Source of the DNA: the human T2T-CHM13v2.0 reference genome, Homo sapiens
Strand: one strand, 5' to 3'
Length of the DNA stretch: 64,000 nucleotides
Assembly: GCF_009914755.1 (NCBI RefSeq)
Contig: NC_060927.1
The notes below the pieces were generated by a model. The model saw nothing but the letters and a program-made list of their open reading frames with translations. It searched no databases and was not told the DNA's origin. Shown here one piece after another: positions 40,805-56,079 of this stretch. Numbering within the stretch: position 1 is the stretch's first letter; every line of letters begins with the position of its first letter. A program made the position numbers and the translations under genes.

Positions 40805-41430
40805 TATTAGTTTTCTGTTGCTGCATCATGATAAATTGCTACAAACACAGCATCTCAAAACAACATCTGTGAATTACTACCTCAAAGTTTTGTAGGTTGG
40901 AAGCATGGGCAGGCTCAGCAATGTTCTCTGCTTAGGGTTTGATAAGGCTGAAATCAAGGTGTTAACTGGGCTATGGTCTCATCTGGAGGCTTGGTGGGGA
41001 AAAGTCTACTTCCAAATTCATTCAGGTTATTGGTAGAATTCAGTTCCCGACGCTGTAGGACTGTGGAACCCTTGCTGGCTGTCAGCTGGGGCCCTTGCTG
41101 GCTGTCAGCTGAGGCCCGCTCTCAGATCCTGAAGGCCACTCACATTCTTTACCATGTGATCCCCTCCATCTTCAAGCCAGAAAAGGTTCATTGGTTTCTT
41201 TTCATGCTTGGAATCTATTACACTTGCTCTTCTGCTGCTAGCCAGAAAAAAATTCCCTGTTTTAAAGGACTCAGGTGATTAGGTTACACCCACCTGGGCA
41301 ATCTTCCTAACTAAAGGTTACTTGATTAGTAATTTTACTCACAGCTGCAAAATTCCTTTAACCTACATAATCATGGGAGTGACATCTGGGAGTGGAGATC
41401 ATGGGGCCCCTCTGAGAATTCTACCTCCCC
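40805..41430 (-). mobile_element. MLT1 (E/F-like) MaLR LTR within L2 remnants
   Basis: tattagttttctgttgctg...aaggctgaaatcaaggtgtt...gtctcatctggaggct...ggggcccctctgagaattct. Confidence 0.75.
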
Positions 41431-41555
41431 TGAGGTGGGAGGATCACTTGAACTCAGGAAGTTAGTGCTGCAGTGAGTGGAGATTGCACCACCACGCCCC
41501 AGCCTTGGCAACGGAAGGGAGACCCTGTCTAAAAGACAGAGAGAGAGAGAAAAAT
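41430..41555 (+). mobile_element. Alu right-arm fragment
   Basis: tgaggtgggaggatcacttgaactcagga...gagaccctgtct. Confidence 0.8.
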
Positions 41556-42417
41556 AAGAATTCTGCCTCCAGCAATATTCCTCTAACATGCTGCCAGAAG
41601 TATTGCCCCAGGATCTTTGCATTTGCTGTTCCCTCTGCCTGAAACTCCTTTCCTCATGACCATATGGCTTGCTCTCTGATTCCTTCAAGTCTTTGCTTTC
41701 TAAGCTCACCATTTATCAAGAAGAGCCTTTGTATTCTCTATCCTCCTTATTCTGCGTTTCTTCTTAACAGCACCCAGCACAACTGACATCATGCATTTGC
41801 ATGTTTATTTGTTTGTTATCTCTCTTTCCTCACTGGAATAGAGGCCCCCTGAAGATGAGGGCTTTGCCTGCTTTATTCATAGCTGTGTTCTCAGCAGCTA
41901 AAATAACTCCTGGCACATAGCAGATGCTCTACACATATAAAGAAATGAATGACTAAATGAATCTTTAGCTTTTGCAACCCTTCTCCTTCTCTTTTTTCTC
42001 TCTCCCACCAAGACTAGAATTTCCATAAAATGATTATTATAAATGCTTTATTCCTCACTGAATACATGCATGAGCAATGGAAACAACCAGAAATCTCTAC
42101 TTTCCTACTTGATCTAAAGAAACAGAGTTTAAAAACATAAGTTTCTTTTCTGTTCATTGGTCTTTCTTACCTCATACACATTTGTCTCTCCTTCACCCTG
42201 CCCATACCTTAAGCACTCCCAGCTCTATTCCCCTATATATTTATGGGTGAAAATGCCTTGAAGATGTTTGATTGTAGCTTCCCATTTGATGAGTGCCTCT
42301 TTTAAACTGGGACATCCTCCCTCTTCTTTCCAAGAATAATCCTTTCTCTTCAAGGTGCCGTTCAGATCCCACAGTTTCTGTAGCATTCTTTGATGGGTAC
42401 AGTTCATAGGAAGGTAG

Positions 42418-42720
42418 CTGTAGATTGAATTCTGTACGCCCTCATTCAGATGTTGCAGCTCCAACTCCCAATATGACTGTATTTGGAGATAGGGTCTTTA
42501 GGAAGTAATTTAGGTTAAATGAGTTCATAAGGGTGGATTCTGATCTCATAGGCTTAGGATTGTTATGAGAGCAATCCCTTTGGTGCACATTCACTGAAGA
42601 AAGCTCACGTGAGCACACAGAGAAGGGGCCATCTGCAACCCAAGTAGAGAGCCCTCACCAGACATTGGCCTTGCTGGCATCTTGATCTTGGACCTCCAGC
42701 CTCTAGAACTGTGAGAGGAC
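42418..42720 (+). mobile_element. MST/MLT1A-type MaLR LTR, 3'-truncated at an Alu right arm (42724-42873)
   Basis: tgactgtatttggagatagggtcttta...ttgatcttggacctccagcctctagaactgtgaga. Confidence 0.75.
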
Positions 42721-43090
42721 AAATGTGGTGGTGTTCGCCTATAATATCAGCTACTAGGGAGGTTGAGGCAGGAGAATCGCTTGAACCTAGGAGGCAGAGG
42801 TTGCATTGAGCCAAGATTGCACCACTGCACTCCAGCCTGGGTGACAGAGCAAGACTCTCAAAAAAAAAAAAAAGATATTCATGAAGAGCATGCTCAAAGT
42901 TTACAAAGCACTGTGGAATTTCAAAGGAGAAAGATATTAGAAGGTCAGGGATGGTGTGGAAGAGGTGGGATTTAGCTGTACCTTTAAAGAGGAGTTGAAT
43001 TTTGAAAGATTGGGAAAAATATTTTTGTCAGGGAGACATGTATAAGAAGAGCAGAAATGGAAAAAATACCATTTAGAACAATTACTGATT

Positions 43091-43388
43091 TTTATTTTTG
43101 ACACAGGGCCTTGCTCTGTCCCCCAGGCTGTAGTGCAGTGACACGATCATGGCTCACTGCAGTCTTGACCTCCCAGGCTCAAGTCATCCTCCCATCTCAG
43201 CCTTCCAAGTAACTGGGACCACAGGCACATACCACCATGCCCAGCTAATTTTTTTTTGGTACTTTTTGTAGAGACAGGGTTTCTCTGGATTGCCCAGGCT
43301 GGTCTCAAGATCCTGGGCTTAAGCAATCTGCCCACCTTGGACTCCCAAAATGATGGGATTATAGGCATGAGCCACCAAGCCCAGCCAA
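43091..43388 (-). mobile_element. AluJ
   Basis: Dimeric Alu with J diagnostics. Confidence 0.9.
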
Positions 43389-43397
43389 CATTACTTA

Positions 43398-43699
43398 TTT
43401 ATTTATTTATTTATTTTGAGACGGAGACTCACTCTGTCGCCCAGGCTGGAATGCAGTGGCGTGATCTCGTCTCACTGCAAGCTCTGCCTCCCGGGTTCAT
43501 GCCATTCTCTTGCCTCAGCCTCCTGAGTAGCTGGGACTACAGGCGCCCGCCACTACGCCCAGCTAATTTTTTTGTATTTTCAGTAGAGACGGGGTTTCAC
43601 CGTGTTAGCCAGGATGGTCTCAATCTCCTGACCTCGTGATCTGCCCACCTCGGCCTCCCAAAGTGCTGGGATTACAGGCGTGAACCACCGTGCCTGGCC
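43398..43699 (-). mobile_element. AluY
   Basis: ccgtgttagccaggatggtctcaatctcctgacctcgtgat. Confidence 0.95.
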
Positions 43700-43802
43700 A
43701 ACGATTACTTATTTTGATGAAACATCCAACTATGCTTCTCCAGGGGTGCCTTTTGCATGTTGTAGGTGCTCAACAGACATTTTGCTGGCTAGAAGCGCTT
43801 GC

Positions 43803-44092
43803 TTTTTTTTTTTTTTTTGTGACAGAGTCTTGCTCTGTTGTTGCCCAAGCTGGAGTGTAGTGGTTCACTACAACCTTGAACTCCTGGGCTCAAGTGATCG
43901 CCTGCCTCAGCCTCCCGAGTAGCTGAGACTACAGTTGTGCACCACTGAATCCAGCTAATTTTTAAATATTTCTGTGGAGCTGGCATCTCACTATGTTGCC
44001 CCATTTGTTCGTGAACTCCTGGGCTCAAGTGATCCTCCTGCTTCGGCCTCCCAAAGTGCTGGGATTACAGGTGTGAGCCACCATGCCCAGCC
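43803..44092 (-). mobile_element. AluJ
   Basis: Dimeric Alu. Confidence 0.9.
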
Positions 44093-44779
44093 AGAAGCAC
44101 TTGTTACATCCTCATGCCCCTAGTGCCATGTTAGGGACTATACCAAACTGATAAATTTATAATTTTCTGAAAAATTGCAGTTCATAATAGAAAGAGAAAA
44201 ATTGCAAACAACTGATAAGTTATGACATTGACATGATGCATTGGAGGGAAGTATTTGCTCTCAAAGTGCTCAGGGATGGCTTGCGGGTTGATACCTTAAC
44301 CTATTAAGTATGTAGTAGCTCTGCCACAAGGCTCTCATTTTCACCTTCTAAAATCTGATCTTGTAGACTGCTAAACATGTGTGGATCCATGCCAACCCCA
44401 CTATTTCTTCATTGTTTCCAAATTTGATTAATGTTCCTGCCTTCATTCACCCTCCTGGTGGCTGAGGCATAATGCCACAAATTACACCCACCAGTGAGTT
44501 CCAGGCAGCAGAGGTAATTTCTTTTCAAACAATGCAGAGCTCAAAAGAAATTTCGAGAATGAGCTACCAGATCATTTTATAAAGGCAATGCCACCTCGGA
44601 GTTGAGCAGAAATGTAGAGATTACTGCTCCTTGGGCTTATAGGAGATAACCTGGTGCAATGGGCAAGCCAGTTTCAACAGGAACGAAGGAGTGTACTATG
44701 AGAGAAAAATATGTGCAGTAAGTGCTAGCTGCCTGTGTTGAAAGTAATGATTCTGACCTTCAGTGTATTTGTTAAAACA

Positions 44780-45078
44780 TTTTTTCTTTTTTTTTTGAGA
44801 CAGGGTCTTGCTCTGTCACCCAGGCTGGAGTGCAGTGGCATGATTTCGGTCACTGCAACCTCCGCCTCCTGGGTTCAAGTGATTCTCCCGCCTCAGCCTC
44901 CTGAGTAGCTGGGATTACAGGCACATGCCACCATGCCTGGCTAATTTTTGTATTTTTTGTAGAGACAGGGTTTTACCATGTTGGCCAGGCTGGTCTCAAA
45001 TTCCTGACCTCAAGTGATCTGCCTGTCTTGGCTTCCCAAAGTGCTGTGATTACAGGCATAAGCCACTTCACCCAACCT
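44780..45078 (-). mobile_element. AluS
   Basis: Dimeric Alu. Confidence 0.95.
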
Positions 45079-45140
45079 GTCAAAACAAATTTAACTTCAT
45101 TTAACTCTTGAGTTTAGTATGACTTTATTATATATTGGCA

Positions 45141-45141
<1 letters not shown>

Positions 45142-45209
<68 letters not shown>

Positions 45210-45492
45210 TTTTTTGAGATGGAGTCTCGCTCTGTTGCCCCGCTTAGAGTACAGAGGCACGATCTCGGCTCACTGCAACCTACCCCTCCTGGGTTCAAGC
45301 AATTCTCCTGCCTCAGCCTCCTGAGTAGCTGGGGTTACAGGCATGTAGCACCACGCCTGGCTAATTTTTGTATTTTTAGTAGAGACGGGATGTCACCATC
45401 TTGGCCAGGCTGGTCTTGAACTCCTGACCTCATGATCCACCTGCCTCGGCCTCCCATGCTGGGATTACGGGCGTGAGCCATCGCATCCGGCC
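45142..45492 (-). mobile_element. AluS with a long (TTTC)n tail
   Basis: (TTTC)n at ~45142-45208; TSD-like gcaatctttc / gcaaactttc. Confidence 0.95.
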
Positions 45493-45608
45493 GCAAACTT
45501 TCAAAATGTAGACATTTTAATAAGATTTTTGTATTATTAGTAGCTATTTATTGGGTACCAACAATGGCTTGTTTCATTGAACTTGCCGATACAAGTTCTG
45601 CCTGCAGA

Positions 45609-46185
45609 TGAAATCGCCTTTGCAAAAATTATAGTAGTAAGGGAAATTTAACACACCTAACCCCATCTTGCTTCTACCAGGCTAGATTGCTTTTGCTCAT
45701 TCTTGTGTGAAGGCCATAATAGTTCTTTCCTTGAACTGATCCCCTCCTTGTTCAGAAGTTAAAACCATATTTGTAAAGACCAACAGAAGGTAACAAGGTT
45801 AGAATTATGCTAGGGGCCTGAACTTTGCTGAAGAGTAGGCACGGTTAAACCATAACCATCCATTACTTGTTTAGCTGGCGTTTCTGTAAGTTGCTTATTG
45901 CCCAGAGTCACATAATTGGAGGTTACAAGATTTGTAACTTCCCCAACTGCTCCTAAAGATAACTTTATTATTGTGAAACCTAAATAACTGGTCTTTGAGA
46001 TATTTTTCAGATTTAGCGTTTCAGCAGATCAAGAGATACCACCCCGTCCTGAAACTCTCTCCCAGGAACTGACTCAGATGCATGAAGACAGTTTAGGGAC
46101 CCCTGTGATTTCATCCTTAGCCAATCAACTGTTTCAGTTCCCCAGGCCCCTGCCCACCAAAGTACTCTTCAAACCCCCTGAGAAC
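45609..46185 (+). mobile_element. LTR8-like ERV1 solo LTR (3'-truncated)
   Basis: TGAAATCGCCTTTGCAAAAATTAT...ccatcttgcttct...aggaactgactcagatgcatgaagacag...agccaatca. Confidence 0.75.
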
Positions 46186-46536
46186 CAGGCCCAATCTGTG
46201 ATATCATTTTGGATAAATGTTTAGGATCATCGAAAGCAGACATTTGTTTTACTCAGTTTCTTCAATGGTGGTGTTACCACATGCTTAGGGGTGAGGCTGG
46301 GTAGTCCACTCTCTCCTCTTGTCCTTATCTCTCCTGTAACTAGCAACAAAAAAAGGATCTGATATCGGTATTGTGCATGAGGTATGACTGCGTGAAAAAG
46401 GACTCTTGATATGTATTGAACTCAGAGTCTCAAATGGCTAGAAAGATGTAGTTTTGTCATAGAAAGAGAAAGAAAGATAAAACGAAAAGAGAAGTAGAAG
46501 AGGAAGGAAAGAATCCAAGCAAAGAAGTAAAGAAAT

Positions 46537-46807
46537 GGCCGGGTATGGTGGATCACACCTATAATCCCAGCACTTTGGGAGACTGAGTCGGGAAGATCCC
46601 TTGAGCTCAGGAGTTTGAGACCAACCTGGGCAATACAGTGAAACCCCATCTCTATAAAAGTAAAAAATTAGCTGTGGGGCATGCCTGTAGTTCCATCTAC
46701 TTGGGAGGCTGAGGTGGGAGGATGCTTAAGGCTGGGAGGTAGAGGGTTCTGTGAGCCATGATTGCACCACTGTACTCCAGCCTGGAAGACAGAGCAAGAG
46801 CCTGTCT

Positions 46808-46846
<39 letters not shown>
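46537..46846 (+). mobile_element. AluJ with a ~38-nt A tail, continuing into a purine-rich tract to ~46995
   Basis: Dimeric Alu followed by (GAAG)n / A-rich low-complexity sequence. Confidence 0.9.
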
Positions 46847-46848
<2 letters not shown>

Positions 46849-47626
46849 AAAAGAAGTGAAGAAAAGAGGAGAAAGAGAAAGGAAGGAAGGAAGGAAGGAA
46901 GGAAAGAAGATTGGAAGGAGCAAAGAACAGGGAAAGTTAAGAAAAGTGGAAAGGAAAGAAAACACGACAAGAAAAGGAAGAGAGAGAAAAGAGGAATTGG
47001 AGGCTTTGAGTTTCTTCCTGTTTATAGACTTGAGTTAAAAAAAGAACTGTTTGATTCAAACGGCAGGCATCTCATTGTGCACTCCTACCTTTGTATAAAG
47101 AACAAAACACCATTTACTCCCAGGTCTCTTCTGACATTAATCAATAAGGCTGTTTCTCTTACCAAGGCACTATGAGGGGATGGGCACTACAAGGTTGTAA
47201 GGGGGGATGGTAGAATAAGCACTAACTAGTAGGAACAACTATTATTTGTGAGCTTTAATGAGGTAGCAGGCACAAAAGGCAGTTAATCTCTGCCTAATGA
47301 TCTGATGTAGTCCATGAAGCCATGCTATGGGGCTGCATTGCTTTTATTGAACAAGGCTCTCAGTGTTATCTCACCTCTTGCTTAGCCAAAAGCCACTGAT
47401 TTGATTCTGGAGCTGTGGAAAGACATGGTTACATAGTTATTTCATAGCACTCAATTTCTATACTATAAGGTGAGAATGGGAAAGAACAGCTATTTATTTT
47501 TAAAGAGAAATCCAGTTGGGTGAAGCCAATTTTATGCAGCTTGGGTACGAACAATAAATATGTAAGTGTGTTGTAGGCATTTTATATGGTTGTCTGATAA
47601 CCACCTTAGATCACTTTTCTGGTGGA

Positions 47627-48230
47627 TTTTTTTGTTTTGTTTTGTTTTTTAAAGACAGGGTCTTGTTCTGTCACCCAGGCTAGTGAGATCATGGCTCACC
47701 ATAACCTCACACTCCCGGGCTCAAGTGATTCTCCCACCTCAGGCTCCCAAGTAGCTAGGAATATAGGCACGTACTGCCATATCAAGCTAATTTTTAAATT
47801 TTTTGTAGAGATGGTGTCTCATTATGTTGCCCAGGCTTGTTTTGTACTCCTGGCCTCAGCAATCCTCCTACCTTGGCCTCCCAAAATGTTGGGATTATAG
47901 GCATGAGTCACCCAGCATAGCCCATTGTGGCAATTTTTTTTTTTTTTTTTTTTAGAGGCAGAGTCTTACTTTTTTGCCCATGCTGGAGTGCAGTGGTGTG
48001 ATAGCTCACTGCAGCCTTGAACGCCTGGGCTCTGCCTTGAACACCTGGATCCTCCTACCTCAACCTCCTGGGTAGCAAGACTACAGATGCCCAACTAATT
48101 TTATTATTTTTTGTAGAGATGGGTTCTTACTATGTTGCCCAGGCTGGTCTTGAACTCCTGGCCTCAAGTGATTCTTTCACCTTTGACTTCCAAAGTGCTG
48201 GGATTATAAGTCTGAGCCACCATGCCCAGT
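47627..48230 (-). mobile_element. Two tandem AluJ elements (47627-47922 and 47934-48230)
   Basis: Two antisense dimeric Alus; the second has an internal duplication gccttgaac(g/a)cctgg. Confidence 0.9.
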
Positions 48231-49879
48231 CTATTGTAATTCTTTAATGCCATCAGTTATGTTGGGCATTAAAAGATACTTTAAAAAATTCTCCATCTAT
48301 ACAATAAAACATATTGGATAGAACTCTAGATGAACTTTCAAACAACTGCAACTTTGGAAGAATGAAGCCAGGATAGCGCACAGACTACCACTTCCCATTG
48401 TGTAACGAAGCAGACATTGCTAATTGATTGCTGCACTTTTCCCATCATGTGCAGATATGACCTCAACATTCTTCTCCATCTAGCATACCAGGAAGACACT
48501 ATTTGGAGACCCTAGACTGGAGTTATTACATAAGACAAAATCTTTTGCCATCCCTAACGTAAATCATAAGAAAACGTTGTCTTTCTCTTCTTTTCTTGCT
48601 GTTTTGTTTTCTTCTTCTTTTTTTTTTATTGTTTTTAACCTTATGGAAATTTTTAAGGATAAACAGCCTGGGCTTTGTATTTCCAGCTGAATCACTAAAT
48701 GGCTCATTGCTTGTTATGTCACTTTGAAAAGTGGGCCACTTTAGAAGTTCCACTGGGGAATTCTGACAGGATTGCTGAGGCAAGACTTCATTTTATTTTT
48801 TGATCCTTTTACCCTATGCCAGACATCGATGGGAGCCAACACCTGGAACAAATGGAAAATTGTGTATTTCAGCAGGGAAGGAAAATGGGTTGCACCATGT
48901 GAGAATCTGATCTTTTGGGATGGAAAGTTTTCTCTGATGGCAAGTGAATGCCAAGTGACCCTGAAGGTTCATGTCTGTTTGTTTGACTTTTCTTGTCCTT
49001 GCCTCTTGAAGTTGCCAGCAAAGGCCAGCAAATGACCACACAGAACAAAATGGTGTGATAGAAGGGAAGGTTTAGGCTGTGGCTTTCAAACTTGAGGAGT
49101 GAATTGGTTTCATTAAAATGCATTATTCACAGAATGAAAAATGCAACCCTCATCTTTGGTTGACACATGATTATTAGATTCTTCAGGATTCCTTGAATTT
49201 GGTTTGCAACTGACATCACACAAATGGCATCAGAACTTTTTGAACCAAGGATTCAATTTCAAAATTCAATATTGTAGGAAAAGGAAAACAAATAGGCCTT
49301 GTCTGTTAGTATACAATGGCCCTAAAAATACACAACTGCAATTTCATGGCTGACCTGTGCTGTAATTGACTTGTGGTGGTTCACTTACTGAAATTTTAAT
49401 TCTACATTTGGCCAAAAATGACCTGTATGTGAAAACCATTACATACCCTCTCTCAGTAAGGAAAAGGAAGACAAGGTAATGGGCATAAGTTTAGTTTCTG
49501 TGGTGTGGCTGAAGAGAGCAAGGGAGTACCTGATCCTGGCTTTGCAGACCTGAGCAAGTTGTCAAACTTCTTTGATCCTTAGTTTTTTCACCTGTAACTG
49601 GAGTAATAATATGCATGTCTTAGGTTTGTTAGGAGAAGGGGAGATCAGTTAGTGCATATGGGGTGCCTAGCACAGGGCCGGATACATTGAAAGGGCTCAG
49701 TAAGTTTTGTTATTTTGTATGTTATATCATGGCTTTGAATGGCAGTGGTCTTTCTAGTTTAGATAGTATTGAGAAAACGTAATCTTGGAATTGTGGAATG
49801 GGAAAGCTTCCTCAATAGCTTTCCTGTGTTTAGATTGTTGATTTTAAGCTTCCGCCTACAGCAGCTTTTTCACACCTCT

Positions 49880-50975
<1,096 letters not shown>

Positions 50976-51800
50976 CAGTAGTGGTTAAACTTCTATTATA
51001 GCTCTAATTCTCTTGTATAGCAATTATGGTGGCTTATCTATGAGATTCTCCACACATATTGGGAAATTCTTGAGCGTGGAGATGGTATCTTATTTACCTT
51101 GTACCTCGGGGCCCAGCATAGTACTAGGTAGGTAATAAATATTTGCCACTGAAGTTCTGGCATTAATTTAATAGGACATTCCTCTATTCACTTGTTGGTT
51201 TTTTTCTTACGTTCATATTTTCCTTCTGGAATGCCTTCTATGCACTGTGCACTCTGCTGGGTGCTAGGAGTACCAATGTGAGCAAGACTGACATTGGAAA
51301 GTCCCATAATTCCTGTAAGGAATGCAAATTGTGTCCACACACATGCTTTTACACGTGAATGAAGGAATGCATGAATGAAATAATCACTTACTAAATCCTT
51401 GCTGTGTGTCAGGCCTGGTGCCCTAAAGAAAAGGCGCTTGAGGTGAGAGGAATGATTGGGGCAGTAATGGCAGGAAAAGTGTGTTAGAGGTGCTCGTGCT
51501 TTGGGTGAAAGTTGAATGGAAGGATTGCATTGAGGTGTAGTGGGAGAAAGTTTTGAAATAGAGTTCTGTGCAGCTTTAGCTGATAGGCCCTTAGCCTACG
51601 GGCTAAGGGCTTTGGATTAGGGTTGAAAACTGGAATATGTACATGGACCAGGCGTGAAGAAAGATGGACTGGTAGGGACTGTACCTGTCTAGACAGCACA
51701 TGCCCATCTTCTAAGGGGCTTGTCCATGTTTAGCTCAGTGCTCCTTAGACTTCAATGTGTGTAAGTGAGTGACTTGGGCATCTTGGCTCTGGGATTTTAG

Positions 51801-52128
<328 letters not shown>

Positions 52129-53356
52129 TGACTCTGCATTTTTAACCAGCTCTTAGGTGATGTTGTGATGCCAATTCTGTGATCCACGCTTTGAGGGAAG
52201 AATCTAGTTGATGTTGCCATGCAGAAATGTGGATTCAGTTTTACCAGCTCACCATATTTTTAAAGAAAACTTGTAAGTCTCAGTTTTACATAAATTACCT
52301 TGATTTTTAATGGTAGTAACTAATGTTTGCAGAAATACTTATAAAATGGGAAACCTCTCTACTTCATGGAATTATAAACACGAACTATTCTGACTCCAAA
52401 TGTTAGGATATCACCCCTGCTGATTTCATCCTACTTTGGACCTCATATTTCATGGGTTTGCTCTTGATGTTGTATGTTTTGCATTTCTCTAAATAGATTT
52501 TAAGCTTCTTAGGGACATGGGTGGGATCTTATTTTTCTATCTGCTAGAATATGTGGCAGAATGTTTCATACCCAGTGGGAGGTCAATAGATACTAGTAAA
52601 CTAGCTAATGGAGATAAATGGTACATTTCATAAAGCCGGAATGGATTTTCATATATTATCAGTAGGATTTTTATTTTAGAGCCGGAAAGCAGAAAAAGTT
52701 GCTTAATTTTATTAATCACCCTCATTTTTTAGAAAACACATTAATAGCTCTGGGAAATCTTCATCTGCATGGAAAAAAGTTTAATATTCCAAGGTGGTTA
52801 TGATGGCATTGTCACTGAGCTGTGGGTGAGGAAAGACATTATGAAAGAAGTTCAGTAGTCAAAAAACAACAATAACAAAAAATCAAAACTCAGTAAAATT
52901 CTCAATGATTTGTAAGCCAGTTTTGAAGGACAAAGTGTAAATTTTTTCATAAATCCTAGTGGAATTGAAGATGACACAGAATAGCAGAATTTATGGAGGT
53001 GAATGCTTCTTATTCCAGGATTCCAAATATCTTTGGAGTATCAGCCTTGGGCAGATGGCATTATGATCTTGCCAGACCCTGAAGGATTTACCTCTGAAAA
53101 CTGTCAACTCTTTGCTTATGGCAAATGTGCCCCTTTATTCATGTATGGCACACTAGAGTTTACTAACTGCTTTGTCAGCAAAATTGATTCTTGTAACAGT
53201 TCCTCTAGGGCAGCGTGGAAGATGTCAGGAAAAAATATCCCAGATTTGAAGTGGCAAACAAGACGATGCTTTATCCCCTCACTACAGTACAAATGTTGTG
53301 CAGCCGATCCCCTAGGGATTCACTAAGTCTACAGGGGGGTAGACTGTTGACTAGGT

Positions 53357-53586
53357 CAGGGGTCAGAAAACATCTCCAGTAAAACGCTAGATAGTCAATA
53401 TTTTACTAGATAGTAAATATTTTAGGCTTTGCAGGACATATACAATATCTGTTGAACATTCTTGTCCTTTTTTCATTTTAACATTTCTTTAAAAATGTAA
53501 AACTCATTTTTACTTTGCCACCAGTACAAAAACAGGCTGTGGGTTAGATTTGACCCATGGGCAGTAGTTTTTCTTGCCATCTCTTG
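53357..53586 (+). mobile_element. MER58A (hAT-Charlie) with a 19-bp internal tandem duplication
   Basis: caggggtcag start; agatagtaaatattttaggctttgc; TSD gactaggt / gactaggc. Confidence 0.8.
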
Positions 53587-55429
53587 GACTAGGCTATTTG
53601 ATAACTCTGTAGGGATAGACATTAACTTGTGAAAACTAATACATTGCACATGATTCTTGTCTGAGAGGAATGTAAATAACTCCTCTCTATAGGAATGTAA
53701 GTAAATTTTGTCCAGTCAAGATGCAATTGATTTCTATGTGGTAAAAATGGATAATGCCAAATATTACAGTTTGTTGACCTGTAGGATATTAACTAGTTTT
53801 GCATCTGTCAGCAAATTTGCTTTGTCATTTCTTTAACTGACTATATTTCTGTTCTTCATATTCCTCTTCGAACCAGTGATACATCTTACTAGCTATCTCA
53901 TTAATTAATGAGTTGAATAAAATTTTTAACATACATTTATCAGTGTCATAGTATAACTGTTTGAAAATTATACTGCAACAGTAGTATTTTCCCCTCTCAA
54001 GAGATTAGAAAACTGAGTTTACAAGTGGTTACGGGATTTTCCCAAGTTAGACAAGTACATGGCTGAACTGGAACTAGAACGTGTTTTCAGATTCCTCATG
54101 AAGAAGAAGAAAAAGCAATCTGCCATTTTGCCCTTAGTCTAGCTCCGAACTGTCTGGAACAATTAATTTTTCTCATCCTGGGAAAATGAAACATTTCCAA
54201 AAGAAAAGTTTTATATTTCTAGTAGAGAAAGGTTTGCATTTTTAAAAGGTCTTGCATCTCAAGATAGACAATGAATCAGGAACTTTCCAATAGTAGCCGT
54301 GAATGATGGAGGCATCCATAAACAACTGGACTCGTGGAATGGCAGCAGCTTCTAAACAGTTTCCAGAAACAAGCCGTGAAAATCAGGGATGCTTGTATTT
54401 TGTTATACAAGGTAGAATCTCCTGGTATCTGTCAAAATTGATCCACATATTATCTAATCCAAATTGTAAATGTCATGTAGAAAGTTAAACAATAGGTATC
54501 ACTTGTTTTCTGTATTCTGAGTCCCTTTCTTTTAAATATCTGGCTTTATTATATGCAGTAAAATTTTTTTCCTATCTAATTGTTTATAAATTTAAAAAGT
54601 ACTAGTCTAGTCTTCTCTTCATTGTACCACTCTGGCCACCAACAAGCCTGGAATTTAAATTTACAGCAAAATTGCTGTGCTCCAAGAGGCAGGCACACTG
54701 CATCTCTACTGGCAAAATTTACTTATATCCCTTTAGAGAGGAGAATCAGAGATGAGTGTCTCTGCACGCAACAAGTTAAAAAAAAATGACTCAATATGTC
54801 CTCTTTGCACAAACGTTGAGGTGTTGATTGGCTTAAGGTTATCAGTGATTGCCCGTCTTTTTTTCTGTTCTCATCTTCTATAGAGAGTGAGGGTACTATT
54901 CATGACATGCAAGGGCAATGGATATGGACCAATAGGGTTGGATACCCAGAAAGCAAAGCCAATAGGCCCAAATTCATAGGTAGGATTGTACGCGTATGTA
55001 GGGACCTGTCCATGTTGGTACTGCAAATGTCAGCTTTGAGATGTTAGAGAGTAAGAGTTTGAGCACGTATGAGGTCTGAGTTGGAAGGCACTGATAGAGT
55101 GGCAAGTGTGGTGGCTTTATTGGTCCAAGTCTGATTTTGAGGCATCTTCTTGCTTAGGTCAGATAATTCCTTGCTTGGAATTTCTGGGTCCTCCTCCATG
55201 GCTGCTACCACAAGCCAGGCCCAGTAGCCACATACCTTTGACTTTCCAACTCCTTTCTCCACTTCTGAGATTGAAAGAAGCATGACACCACAGTGTATTA
55301 GCTCTGTGGGGGAGTTAATTCTATAAGGGGAGAATGTTGGCAATCTGAGGAGGGGGAAACATAGATAATTTTTCTCTCCTTCCTTCTACCCATGGACTGC
55401 TTGAAGCATGGTTTATCCATAGAGCTTAT

Positions 55430-55748
<319 letters not shown>

Positions 55749-56079
55749 TGAAGATGTCCCACGTGGCTGAATTATAAGTAACCTACTGTATCTCTTTATG
55801 GCTTATTGTGAAAGAGTCAGAAATGTGGTAATCATAATTTTGAATTGTTCTCATTCTGTCTCACATCCATGTACCTCACTCTCGCTTTCCTGTAATTGGA
55901 CCTATAAATAATCATCAGCACTAATCCTTGCCTTTGTTTTCTAGGGAACTCAGGTGAAGACAAGAGTTCCTTATTACACATATCTGGTATTCTTTCTCAA
56001 GGCGTGAGGCTTTAATTGCTATTTTAATTTTAAGAAACAGAAAAGGGACAAACACAAAACTACAAATGTGATACTCTTT

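Noticed and set aside
46668-47175. Lys/Arg-rich and Phe-rich ORFs
   Set aside because: Read-through of an Alu A tail and purine tract.
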